Source: an uncultured Opitutia bacterium (GTDB lineage: Bacteria > Verrucomicrobiota > Verrucomicrobiia > Opitutales > UBA953). From it: a DNA stretch of 56,717 bases. Within the stretch, counting starts at the first letter, position 1, and each line of letters begins with the position of its first letter. Location: the NCBI GenBank assembly GCA_903895475.1, contig CAITUF010000036.1, forward strand, positions 1-56,717, in the 5' to 3' direction. Below, one piece after another: positions 10,369-19,520 of the stretch. Below the pieces are notes generated by a model. It did no database searches. It was given only the letters and a program-made list of their open reading frames with translations, and was not told the DNA's origin. The position numbers were made by a program, and so were the translations under genes.

Positions 10369-11948
10369 AGCACGACCGCTTCGGTCACGCCCCCGCGCTC
10401 TGGTTAGCGCTCCCCTTGTTGGCTGGCTGTGCCTGGGACGATTTCGCCCGGCCGGACATCGGGGCGCTTCTCTGGCTGGGGAGCCTCAGCACCGCAGCGC
10501 TCTGGTTTTGCGCCCGCCACGAAAACTTTAGTCGACTGGTTCTAATCTGCGCAGGGATTTGCTGGGGGGCTGCCTGGCATCAAGCAAAACTCCCCCCGCA
10601 GACCCCGCTGACCTCCGTTCGCAGTTACGCCGAACTCTCCGTACTGGTTGAGAGTGCCAACCCGAGACGCGCGGGCGAAGGGTGGAACGGACTGGGCATC
10701 GTCACCGACAAGGGTCCGCTATTTCGTCGACGGATCGCACTCTCAGTCAAAGGTCCGACGCCCGCCCGGGGCGCCGAACTTAAAATCTCCGGACACCTCA
10801 CGGCCTTACCAGCCAAGCCCACTGGCTACGATGCGTGGCTCGCCTCCCAAGGGGCGACACTCACACTACGAGGTGGTAAAACTCTGGGTGTACTGGAAGC
10901 GCCCACGGCCTTCGCGGTCTGGTGCCAACAGAGTCAAGATTACCTCGAACAATGGTTGCGGACGTTGCCTTGGAATGACCCTGACGGCGGCGCGCTGCTT
11001 GCGGCGACAATGCTCGGGCGGACGGCCCTGCTACCCGAAGAAGCTAAAGGCGCCTTTGCCGCGACCGGCACACTCCACCTCTTCGCCATTAGCGGACTAC
11101 ATATCGCAGGGATGGCCGCCGCGTTGATTTGGGCCGCGCGGCGACTCCGCCTACCCGAGAAACCCACCGGCATCACCATCCTCGCACTGCTCTGGCTCTA
11201 CGTCGAAGTCACGGGCGCCTCGCCGTCCTCGCTCCGCGCTTGGATTATGGCTGTCTTCATTTGGGCCGGACAAACCGGCGAACGCGCCACGCCCCCCCTG
11301 CAGTCGCTCGCACTCGCGGCCGCCGCGACGTTACTCTGGAGCCCCGAGGCGAGTAGCGACCCTGGCTTCCAACTCAGCTACCTCGCGGTGCTAGCGATTC
11401 TACTCGTCGGTGTTCCGGCGGCCGAGCAAATCGCCGCACCCACTTTGGCGGAACGCCTGACGCCGAAGCATGCGGTGCAAACTTGGCGACGCTGGGGCTG
11501 GCGACTACGCCGCGCGACCCTCGGTGGTCTCTGCGTTTCACTCGCGGCGACCATCGCCGGCGCACCGCTCACGCTGACTTATTTCCAAAGCAGCAGCTGG
11601 GGCGGCATCTTCGCCAACCTCGTGCTCGTCCCGCTTTCCGAAATCCCCCTCGTCTTGGGCATGGCTTCGCTCCTCTTCTGCCCCTGGCCAAGCATGCTGC
11701 CGCTCGCGGCGTGGATCAATGGCGGCGCGGCCCTGGTATTAGATGCCATGAGTTGGTTTACGCAGGCCTTCGCGCAGATTCCAAACTTAGTTCTCACGGG
11801 CACCGTCCAACCCCCAGCCTCCGGCCCGGCCTGCGCGGCATTACTCGTGGCGTGCTTCCTCGTCCAAGCGGAAACTAAAAGCGCCCTGCGGCTCCTCGGC
11901 GTGCCCGCTATCCTAGTGGCGCTATGGGTTATTCTTTTCGTCTATTGA
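10329..11948 (+). CDS. ComEC/Rec2-family competence membrane protein (no C-terminal metallo-beta-lactamase domain)
   Basis: 539 aa, polytopic. ComEC core motif TGTLHLFAISGLHIAGMA. N-terminal OB/DUF4131-like part. Ends directly after the TM domain. Confidence 0.75.
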   Translation: MARTDPLDQNHPLKHDRFGHAPALWLALPLLAGCAWDDFARPDIGALLWLGSLSTAALWFCARHENFSRLVLICAGICWGAAWHQAKLPPQTPLTSVRSYAELSVLVESANPRRAGEGWNGLGIVTDKGPLFRRRIALSVKGPTPARGAELKISGHLTALPAKPTGYDAWLASQGATLTLRGGKTLGVLEAPTAFAVWCQQSQDYLEQWLRTLPWNDPDGGALLAATMLGRTALLPEEAKGAFAATGTLHLFAISGLHIAGMAAALIWAARRLRLPEKPTGITILALLWLYVEVTGASPSSLRAWIMAVFIWAGQTGERATPPLQSLALAAAATLLWSPEASSDPGFQLSYLAVLAILLVGVPAAEQIAAPTLAERLTPKHAVQTWRRWGWRLRRATLGGLCVSLAATIAGAPLTLTYFQSSSWGGIFANLVLVPLSEIPLVLGMASLLFCPWPSMLPLAAWINGGAALVLDAMSWFTQAFAQIPNLVLTGTVQPPASGPACAALLVACFLVQAETKSALRLLGVPAILVALWVILFVY

Positions 11949-11997
11949 GCGAGAATGAGAGGCTTGCCTTGGCTTATCGTCAGCCAAATGTCCCGCC

Positions 11998-14487
11998 ATG
12001 CGCCTGTTGCCCGCCCTCGCCTCGCTCCTCGGCCTCCCGCTGGCTTTACTCGCCGCCGAAGCGCCGCCGCAATGGAGCGGCATCTACCCGAACCTCGCCT
12101 ATTTCAATAACGAAGGTGAATGCGGCACCGGCGCGGTCGTCCCCTGGGCTGACCGTCTCTGGGTCATCACCTATGGCCCGCACCTGCCTTATGGTTCGAG
12201 CGACAAGCTCTATGAAATCACGCCAGACCTAAAGCAAATCATCCGCCCGGAAAGCGTCGGCGGCACGCCCGCGAACCGGATGATTCACGTGGAGTCGAAG
12301 CAGCTCATCATTGGGCCCTACTTCATCGATACGGATCGAAAGGTGCGCGTGATCCCGCCGAAACTCATGCCGGGTCGGCACACGGGCAACGCCCGCCACC
12401 TGACTGACCCAGTAAATAAGGTCTACTTCGCCACGATGGAAGATGGTCTGTATGAGGTCGACGTCCACACGCTCGCCGTGAAAGGCCTGATCAAGGAAAT
12501 CAAGAATGTGCCGAAGCCTGGGCAGACTGAGGAAGTCAACCCAGCGACCATCACGTCGACGCTGGCCGGCTACCACGGCAAAGGCCTCTACTCGGGCCAA
12601 GGGCAGGTCATCCTCGCAAATAACGGCGAGATGGGCGCCAAGGCCCTGACCGACCCGACCATCGTCAGTGGCGGCCTTGGCTCCTTCAACGGCTCCGGCA
12701 ATTGGTCGCTTATCCGCCGCAATCAATTCACGGAAGTCACCGGACCAGGTGGACTCACCGGCAACGCCCAACCCGAGAAGGATCCTATCTGGACGATTGG
12801 TTGGGATTTCCGCTCCTTGATTCTGATGGTCATGGAAGACGGTAAGTGGACGAGCTTCCGTCTGCCGAAGTCGAGCCACTCTTATGATGGCGCCCATGGC
12901 TGGAACACCGAATGGCCACGCATCCGCGACATCGGCGAACCCGGCCAACGCCTCATGACGATGCACGGTTCTTTCTGGACCTTCCCGGCGAGCTTCTCTG
13001 CCAAAAACTCCACGGGCATCGCACCGCGCTCCAACTACCTCAAGGTCATCGGCGACTTCACCCGCTGGCAGGATCGCCTGGTGTTTGGTTGCGACGACAC
13101 CGCGAAGTCCGAGTTCCTGAACAAGCGCCCTGCGAAGGGCACGCTAGCGGGCCCTGGTCAATCGCAGTCAAACCTCTGGTTCACTCCCCTCGACACCACC
13201 ACGAAACTCGGCCCGGCAATCGGCCGCGGCGGCGTCTGGGTTGATGAACCCGTTAAGGCCGGTGTGCCTTCGGACTCTTTCCTACTCGATGGGTTCACGG
13301 AGCGGACACTTTGGCTCGGCCACGATGGCACGGGCGACACGAGCTACACGGTGGAAATCGACCAGCAAGGCACGGGCACGTGGACGACCTGGAAACAGTT
13401 TAGCCTCACCCCCGCCGCGCCGGGACTATGGGTCGATCTCTCGACTCGGCAGGTCAGCGGGGCATGGATTCGCGTGACCAGCTCGCGGGACCAACTGAAA
13501 GCCACTGCTCAGTTCCAATACGCTAACGCCGACCAACGCGGGACCGAAGTCGACCCCATGTTTGCAGGCCTCAGCTCCGCCGATGCAGCCTCCAGCCGCG
13601 GGGCCTTCCTCCTCACGCGCGGGGCTAATTTACGCACCCTATCCGTCCTGCCGGCGACGCTCACGACTGACCAAACTAAAATCGACGTGGCTTATGAACT
13701 CACCGCTGACCTCAAGCTCATCAAACAAGCCGACCCCAAGGTCACCGACTACGTCGCGAAAAATACGCCGATCCCGGCTGGTATCGTCACCACTGATGCG
13801 GCGTCCGTCATCTTTGAAGAAAACGGTCAGCGCTGGCGCCTGCCGCGAGCCTTCCCGATTGGCGATGCCCGCAACGCAGCCCAAGACCGTCTCCTCGCTC
13901 GCAATGCCTTGCGCAAGGCACGCGAAGTCTGCACCGAGCGCGACCTCCTGCAGGCCCATGGCACCTTCTACGAACTGCCTGCGCTCAACGCCTTCGGCGC
14001 CATCCGCATGCGCCCGGTCGCTACGAGCGGCTTGGCGATTCATGACTACTGCTCTTACCGCGGCCTGCTCGTTCTCTCCGGCCTCCAAGAGGGTGCAAAG
14101 AATGACGCCCACATTATCCGTTCGGAAGACGGCCAAGCGGCCGTGTGGGTCGGGGCCGCCGACGACCTCTGGAAACTGGGCAAGCCCCGCGGCTTCGGTG
14201 GCCCGTGGCTCAACACCACCGTCACGGGCGGCACCCCCTCCGACCCTTACCTAATGACCGCCTACGACGAGAAGACCCTGACCCTTCGTAACCATGGCAG
14301 CAAAGCCGCGCGTATCTCGGTACTGCTCGACGTCACGGGTGACGGTAAGACCGCCCCTTACCGCGTTCTCGAGGTACCGGCCGACGGCCAAGTGGTCCAT
14401 ACATTTGAGCGCTCGCTGAACGCCTACTGGATCCGCTTCGTCGCGGACACGGACGGCGTCTTCTCAGCCCAGTTAGAATACAAGTGA
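11998..14487 (+). CDS. large secreted hypothetical protein with two C-terminal beta-sandwich-like repeats
   Basis: 829 aa. Signal peptide MRLLPALASLLGLPLALLAAEA. GC3-rich codon usage. Two modules end in similar motifs (GAWIRVTSSRDQLKATAQFQY and AYWIRFVADTDGVFSAQLEYK). Confidence 0.6.
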   Translation: MRLLPALASLLGLPLALLAAEAPPQWSGIYPNLAYFNNEGECGTGAVVPWADRLWVITYGPHLPYGSSDKLYEITPDLKQIIRPESVGGTPANRMIHVESKQLIIGPYFIDTDRKVRVIPPKLMPGRHTGNARHLTDPVNKVYFATMEDGLYEVDVHTLAVKGLIKEIKNVPKPGQTEEVNPATITSTLAGYHGKGLYSGQGQVILANNGEMGAKALTDPTIVSGGLGSFNGSGNWSLIRRNQFTEVTGPGGLTGNAQPEKDPIWTIGWDFRSLILMVMEDGKWTSFRLPKSSHSYDGAHGWNTEWPRIRDIGEPGQRLMTMHGSFWTFPASFSAKNSTGIAPRSNYLKVIGDFTRWQDRLVFGCDDTAKSEFLNKRPAKGTLAGPGQSQSNLWFTPLDTTTKLGPAIGRGGVWVDEPVKAGVPSDSFLLDGFTERTLWLGHDGTGDTSYTVEIDQQGTGTWTTWKQFSLTPAAPGLWVDLSTRQVSGAWIRVTSSRDQLKATAQFQYANADQRGTEVDPMFAGLSSADAASSRGAFLLTRGANLRTLSVLPATLTTDQTKIDVAYELTADLKLIKQADPKVTDYVAKNTPIPAGIVTTDAASVIFEENGQRWRLPRAFPIGDARNAAQDRLLARNALRKAREVCTERDLLQAHGTFYELPALNAFGAIRMRPVATSGLAIHDYCSYRGLLVLSGLQEGAKNDAHIIRSEDGQAAVWVGAADDLWKLGKPRGFGGPWLNTTVTGGTPSDPYLMTAYDEKTLTLRNHGSKAARISVLLDVTGDGKTAPYRVLEVPADGQVVHTFERSLNAYWIRFVADTDGVFSAQLEYK

Positions 14488-14527
14488 CCTTGCGGGGGGT
14501 GGGGATTCCCCCTTACTTACCCGTCTC

Positions 14528-15235
14528 ATGAGAAGCCCCCTCATAGCCCTTTTATTCGGACTAAGTTCCCTCGGTGCGGCCGATACACCCACGCCGTTGA
14601 CGGAAGCCCCTGCGACCCTCTTGGCGCAAACCGATAAGCTCGTCGGCACCGACGCGATGACCAAGGGCTCGCCCGCCTTGCCTTGGAAAATCACTAAGGG
14701 CCGCTGGGAGCGCACCGCCCTCGGCACCAGCGGTGCAGAACTACCCGCCGACAAGCACAACGCGATCATCCGCCTGCCGGTGAAACTCGAGTCCTTCGTC
14801 CTGGCATTCGACGTCCGCTTGGATGGTGCCGCCAACGTGGCCTTCTCCATCAATAACGCTAAGGAGCAATTGGCCCGCGTCATCATCGCCCCAACGTATG
14901 TCAGCCTCCGTCGCGACGACTACGATGGCAACGGCCCGGAGAAAGCGTTCACGCTCTTCACCCAGCCCACGCCGATCGACGCGGGCACTTGGCACACGGT
15001 CGTCTTTGAAATGGTCGGTGATACTATCGTGCTAACCGTGGACGGTAAGATCAGCGGCTGGGGCAGCGACCCGGCCTACTTGAAGGAAATCCGTGCCAAC
15101 CCCGGCTTCCATATCGACGGCACCTTCGCCACCGTCCGTAACTTCCGCCTTTGGACGGCCAAGGCCGAACCCAAGCCGACCTGGGCCGAGAAAAAGGGCA
15201 CTCTCCCCAAGCCCCTCGATAAACCTAAAAAATAA
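14528..15235 (+). CDS. secreted concanavalin-like / DUF1080-like domain protein (paralog 1)
   Basis: Signal peptide. Jelly-roll-type pattern W.I.KG.W ... FVLAFDVRLDG ... WHTVVFEMVGDTIVLTVDGK ... FRLW. Clearly paralogous to the next ORF. Confidence 0.6.
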   Translation: MRSPLIALLFGLSSLGAADTPTPLTEAPATLLAQTDKLVGTDAMTKGSPALPWKITKGRWERTALGTSGAELPADKHNAIIRLPVKLESFVLAFDVRLDGAANVAFSINNAKEQLARVIIAPTYVSLRRDDYDGNGPEKAFTLFTQPTPIDAGTWHTVVFEMVGDTIVLTVDGKISGWGSDPAYLKEIRANPGFHIDGTFATVRNFRLWTAKAEPKPTWAEKKGTLPKPLDKPKK

Positions 15236-15238
15236 ACC

Positions 15239-16003
15239 ATGCGCCTCTTCTGGACCCTCCTCGCCCTTAGTTCGCTCCCGCTCCACGCGGGCGAAGCCCC
15301 TACGACACTCTTAGCCAAACCAGACAGAGAGTTACTCAGCGATGGCCTCACTCTAGAATCGAAGGCCGCCGAGTGGAAAATCGCTAAGGGCAAATGGGTG
15401 CGCACCGCCGAAGGCATCAAAGTCGAGGAGCTTTCTGCTGATAATCACGGCGCCGCTGGACGCCTCAACCAGAAGTTAGGGGACTTTATTATTACCTTCG
15501 ATTTTCGCCTCGATGGCGCCAAGTCGATTTCGCTCAGTATCAATGACGCCAAAGAACATATGGCGCGTGTCCTGATTACCCCCGCAGCCTTCCGCGTCCA
15601 GCGCGACGACCATGATCACGATGGCCCTGACAAAGCCGTCATCTTCCTTAACCAAGCCGAGAAATTTGCGGCGGGCACGTGGCACCGCGTTGTCCTCGAG
15701 ATGGTCGGCGACACGATGGTCGCCACTATCGATGGCAAGTTCAGCGGCTTCGGGCGTGACGAACTCTTTAAGACCGAAAAGGCCAACCCTGGCCTCACCT
15801 GCGCTGGTCAGTCAGCCACCTTCCGTAATTTCAGCCTCTGGAGTGCTCAGCCTGAACCCAAAGCGACCTGGAAAGAGACGAGTATACAAATCGCCGAAGT
15901 CATGAAGTCCGCCCCCACCCCAACAGTGGCCGCCAAGGCCAAAGCCAAGACTCCCGCCAAGGCCAAGGTCGAAGCCCCCGTGAAGGTCGAGGCCCCGAAA
16001 TAA
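15239..16003 (+). CDS. secreted concanavalin-like / DUF1080-like domain protein (paralog 2) with Lys/Ala/Pro-rich tail
   Basis: Collinear with 14528..15235 (WKIAKGKW, FIITFDFRLDG, WHRVVLEMVGDTMVATIDGK, FRNFSLW). C-terminal AKAKAKTPAKAKVEAPVKVEAPK tail. Confidence 0.6.
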   Translation: MRLFWTLLALSSLPLHAGEAPTTLLAKPDRELLSDGLTLESKAAEWKIAKGKWVRTAEGIKVEELSADNHGAAGRLNQKLGDFIITFDFRLDGAKSISLSINDAKEHMARVLITPAAFRVQRDDHDHDGPDKAVIFLNQAEKFAAGTWHRVVLEMVGDTMVATIDGKFSGFGRDELFKTEKANPGLTCAGQSATFRNFSLWSAQPEPKATWKETSIQIAEVMKSAPTPTVAAKAKAKTPAKAKVEAPVKVEAPK

Positions 16004-16090
16004 CCCTCCGAGTCGGTTTTTACCCGATGGCTCTATATCTCCCCGCTTGCACCAGCGGGCGGACTCGTCACCTTCGAACCTCACCGTTTC

Positions 16091-17167
16091 ATGGACGAGC
16101 CCTTTGACAGCATCGAGGCAGCCCTCGCGGACATCGCCGCGGGGAAGCTCGTCATTGTGACCGATGACGAGAACCGCGAGAACGAAGGCGACTTCGTAAT
16201 GGCGGCGGCGAAGGTCACGCCGGAGGCGGTCAATATGATGATTCGCCACGCGCGTGGGCTCATCTGCGTGCCAACGGTCGAGCATCAGCTCCGCCGTCTG
16301 GGCATCTCCCAAATGGTGCCCGAAAACCGTGAATCGCAACGCACGGCGTTTGCCGTCTCGGTCGACGCCGCCGAAGGTATCTCGACAGGTATCAGTGCCT
16401 ACGACCGAGCTAAGACCATCGCGATCCTCGCTGACCCGAACTCTAAGCCGGAACAACTCGTCCAGCCTGGGCATATCTTCCCGCTGATGGCGCGCCCCGG
16501 CGGCGTGCTCCAGCGCGCGGGCCACACCGAAGCCGCCGTTGACCTAGCTTCGCTCGCCGGCCTACACCCAAGCGGGGTTATCTGCGAAATCCTCAATGAG
16601 GATGGCTCGATGGCACGCCTGCCGGAACTCATTGAACTCAAGCAGCGCTTCGGGCTACGCATGGTCTCCATCGCGCAGCTCATCGAATTCCGCCATCGCC
16701 GGGAACGCCTGGTCGAACTCATCGCTGAAAGCCCCTTTCACTCCGCTTGGGGCGAATTCCAACTCCGCGTCTACCGCTCGCTCCCCGACGGCCGCCAGCA
16801 CCTGGCCTTCGTGCTTGGCCAGCCGACCATCGCGCCAACGCTCGTCCGCGTCCAACGTGAGAACCTACTGGGCGACCTCTTCCGTGGCGAAGCCTTTGGA
16901 GCGGGCGACTCCCTCGCCGCCAGCTTTGCCGCTGTCGCCCAGGCTGGCACCGGCGTCATCGTCCACGTGGCCCAGCCTGGTGGTGGCGTCAAAGCCGATG
17001 CCGAAGGCATTCGTCTCAGCACCATGGACTCGCGCGACTACGGTATCGGCGCTCAGATTCTTTCCCATATCGGCCTCCGCCAGATTCGTCTCATCACGAA
17101 TAATAGTCGTAAAGTCGTCGGATTAGGCGGTTACGGGCTGGAAATCGTCGAACAGGTACCCTTCTAG
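16091..17167 (+). CDS. ribB: 3,4-dihydroxy-2-butanone-4-phosphate synthase fused to a degenerate GTP cyclohydrolase II-like domain (RibBX type)
   Basis: The RibB half is intact (DDENRENEGDFV, GLICVP, FAVSVDA, GISAYDRAKTI, PGHIFPL, GHTEAAVDLA). The C-terminal half aligns with RibA, but the Cys triad region reads RVQRENLLGDLFRGEAFGAGDSL with no Cys, and the EGRGIG region is shortened. Confidence 0.85.
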   Translation: MDEPFDSIEAALADIAAGKLVIVTDDENRENEGDFVMAAAKVTPEAVNMMIRHARGLICVPTVEHQLRRLGISQMVPENRESQRTAFAVSVDAAEGISTGISAYDRAKTIAILADPNSKPEQLVQPGHIFPLMARPGGVLQRAGHTEAAVDLASLAGLHPSGVICEILNEDGSMARLPELIELKQRFGLRMVSIAQLIEFRHRRERLVELIAESPFHSAWGEFQLRVYRSLPDGRQHLAFVLGQPTIAPTLVRVQRENLLGDLFRGEAFGAGDSLAASFAAVAQAGTGVIVHVAQPGGGVKADAEGIRLSTMDSRDYGIGAQILSHIGLRQIRLITNNSRKVVGLGGYGLEIVEQVPF

Positions 17168-17237
17168 TCGGTTCTGGCGTTTCCTCTTGAACGCAAGGGC
17201 GGAAACCCTTGCATCAGCCTTCCGTTCTTCCACCGCT

Positions 17238-17777
17238 ATGAGCCAAGATAAGCCCCACTACGAAAAGGTCGATGGTACCGACCTGCTCATCGCCATCGTG
17301 GCCGCCTCTTACAATCAGGCCCTCGTGGATGCGTTAGTGAAACGGACAACGAAGGGCCTCACCGCTGGCGGTGTGAAAGAAGCTAATCTCCGGCTCCTCA
17401 TGGTGCCAGGTTCGGGCGAGATCCCTTACGCCACCAACATGCTTGCTCTGTCGGGTGACTACGACTGCATTATCGGCCTCGGCGTGGTCATTGCCGGCGA
17501 CACCCCTCACCACGAGATCATCGCCCACTCGACCGCCAAGGCGATGCAGGACGTCGCACTCCGCTCGGAGGTCCCCGTCATCAACGGCATCATCGTCACC
17601 AACACCCGCCACCAAGCCGAAGAGCGCTGCACGGGCGCCCTCGACCGCGGGACGGAATTCGCCCAAGCCGCCCTGATCATGGCCCAACACCGCCTCCAGC
17701 TCGGCGAGCGCCTCGACCAAGTCGAAGCGGAAGAGCGCGCTAAAAACGGCGGCCACGAACCCTTTGCCCAGAACTGA
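17238..17777 (+). CDS. ribH: 6,7-dimethyl-8-ribityllumazine synthase
   Basis: LLIAIVAASYNQALVDALV, VPGSGEIPYA, GLGVVIAGDTPHHEII, PVINGIIVT. ATG at 17238 preferred over the TTG at 17187. Confidence 0.85.
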   Translation: MSQDKPHYEKVDGTDLLIAIVAASYNQALVDALVKRTTKGLTAGGVKEANLRLLMVPGSGEIPYATNMLALSGDYDCIIGLGVVIAGDTPHHEIIAHSTAKAMQDVALRSEVPVINGIIVTNTRHQAEERCTGALDRGTEFAQAALIMAQHRLQLGERLDQVEAEERAKNGGHEPFAQN

Positions 17778-18565
17778 TGGACACCGACTCGCATTCTCCG
17801 GCCCGCACCCGGATTCGTATCCGCATTAAGGGGCCTGACTTCCGTCTTGCCGACCAAGCAGCGGCAGATGTGGCTCACAGCGTCACCGCCACCGGTGTCC
17901 GCGCGCTCGGCCCCCTACCCCTGCCTTCCACCGTGGAAGCACTGCGTTCGTCCAGCTCCTACGATGAGCTCCGTTGCCATCACCGCCTCCTCGAAATCAT
18001 CGAGTCGAAGCCGCAGACGATTGATGCACTCCGTCGCATTAACCTGCCCGCTGGGATTGAAATCGCCGTGGTCGCCCCCGAGGACCCCGTCGCCGCCGTC
18101 GAGTCCGTCCCCGGCGAAGCCCCCGCCAAGCGCAACCGCCGCCGCGACAGCCGCGTCGCCGCGATGCAGTTCCTCTATTCCTGGGAAGTCCAACGCCACG
18201 GCGACATCGTCACGGCGCTGTATGACTTTTTTGGCGAACAGTCCCAACCCCGCGAGTATTACGCCTTCGCTGAAGAGCTGGTCCATGGGGTCATCCGCGA
18301 CCAAGCCCTCATCGACGAGGTTATCGTGCGCTTCGCGCAAAATTGGGCCTTTGAACGCGTCGCTAAGGTCGACCTCGCCACGCTCCGCCTCGCCATCTTT
18401 GAACTCATGCGTCGCACCGACATCCCTCCGGTCGTGACGATGAACGAGGCGATCGACATCGCCAAGGTCTTCTCGACCGACGAATCGAAGCGCTTCGTCA
18501 ACGGCATCCTCGACCGCTACGCGGCGACGCTAGGCCGCGACCCACGTAAGGCCGAAGGGGCCTAA
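17777..18565 (+). CDS. nusB: NusB antitermination factor with N-terminal ribosomal protein S10 (NusE)-like domain
   Basis: Residues ~120-262 are NusB-like (RRDSRVAAMQFLYSWE ... NEAIDIAKVFSTDESKRFVNGILDR). Residues ~10-100 align by eye with S10 (TRIRIRIKGPDFRLADQAA ... GPLPLP ... HRLLEIIESKPQTIDALRRINLPAGIEIAV). Single uninterrupted ORF. TGATG junction with ribH. Confidence 0.85.
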   Translation: MDTDSHSPARTRIRIRIKGPDFRLADQAAADVAHSVTATGVRALGPLPLPSTVEALRSSSSYDELRCHHRLLEIIESKPQTIDALRRINLPAGIEIAVVAPEDPVAAVESVPGEAPAKRNRRRDSRVAAMQFLYSWEVQRHGDIVTALYDFFGEQSQPREYYAFAEELVHGVIRDQALIDEVIVRFAQNWAFERVAKVDLATLRLAIFELMRRTDIPPVVTMNEAIDIAKVFSTDESKRFVNGILDRYAATLGRDPRKAEGA

Positions 18566-18569
18566 GGCC

Positions 18570-19478
18570 ATGGCGGGTGGTTTCTTCGAGAGGCTGAAAG
18601 CTGGGTTGAGCCGCACCGCGGAAGCGGTGGCCAACCTCTTGGCCCGTCCCATGGACGACCAAGCCGCTGAAGAACTGCGCGAGCGTTTAATCCTCGGCGA
18701 CTTCGGTCCCGCCACCGCCGATGAAGCCGTGGCCGCCGCCAAGGCAGCTTGGAAATCTGACGCCGGCCTGCGCAAGGCCGGCCCGGCCGAAGCCGCCGCC
18801 GCCGTCCTCGAAAAGGCCCTCGGTACGAGCGGGCCTTGGACGATGCCCACTGACCGCAAACCAATTGTCATCCTATTACTAGGCGTCAATGGCGCGGGCA
18901 AGACGACGACCGCGGCAAAACTGGTTTCACTTTGGAAGCAACAAGGCCAGCGCGGATTACTCGGTGCCTGCGATACTTTCCGAGCCGCCGCCGGCGAACA
19001 GTTGGCCACCTGGGCCGCACGCCTCGACACTGAAGTCGTTGGTGGAGCCTCCGGCGCTGACCCCGCCGCCGTGGCGTTCGACGCCGTCAAAGCGGCCACT
19101 GCTCGAGGCGTTGACTTTGCGATTTTAGATACGGCCGGCCGGTTGCACACGAAGGCGCACCTCCTCGAAGAACTCCGCAAGGTCGTGCGGGTAGTCCACA
19201 AGGCTTTGCCCGACGCACCGCACGAGAAGTGGCTCGTCATTGATGGCTCACTCGGTGCCAACTCGCTCGAACAAGCCAAGGTCTTCCATGAAGCCGTTGG
19301 CCTCACCGGGCTAATCGTCACAAAACTGGATGGCTCCGCCCGCGGCGGGGCGTTGGTCGCCATCGTCCGGGAGCTCGACGTGCCCGTCCGCTTCATCGGT
19401 GTCGGCGAAAAGCCCGAGGACCTGCAGGCCTTCGACAAACGGGCCTATGCCCGCTCGGTGGTCGGCCTCGGCGAGTGA
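18570..19478 (+). CDS. ftsY: signal recognition particle receptor FtsY (short form)
   Basis: NG domain: LLLGVNGAGKTTTAAKL, DTAGRLHTK, LIVTKLDGSARGG, FIGVGEKPEDL. Confidence 0.9.
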   Translation: MAGGFFERLKAGLSRTAEAVANLLARPMDDQAAEELRERLILGDFGPATADEAVAAAKAAWKSDAGLRKAGPAEAAAAVLEKALGTSGPWTMPTDRKPIVILLLGVNGAGKTTTAAKLVSLWKQQGQRGLLGACDTFRAAAGEQLATWAARLDTEVVGGASGADPAAVAFDAVKAATARGVDFAILDTAGRLHTKAHLLEELRKVVRVVHKALPDAPHEKWLVIDGSLGANSLEQAKVFHEAVGLTGLIVTKLDGSARGGALVAIVRELDVPVRFIGVGEKPEDLQAFDKRAYARSVVGLGE

Positions 19479-19520
19479 GGTTGGCTTGCCTCGGGGACGT
19501 GAAGGCATCAGGGTGGGCTC

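Noticed and set aside
16004-16090. Possible FMN riboswitch upstream of ribB
   Set aside because: The spacer is only 87 nt and lacks the conserved RFN core. Only a small hairpin (ccgc..gcgg) is present. This should still be confirmed with a covariance model.
15812-16525. 237-aa minus-strand ORF
   Set aside because: Antisense to the paralog-2 3' end and to ribB. No motifs. Shadow ORF.
18530-19438. 302-aa minus-strand ORF
   Set aside because: Antisense to ftsY, which has unambiguous SRP-GTPase motifs. Ser/Ala/Arg/Pro-rich shadow-ORF composition.
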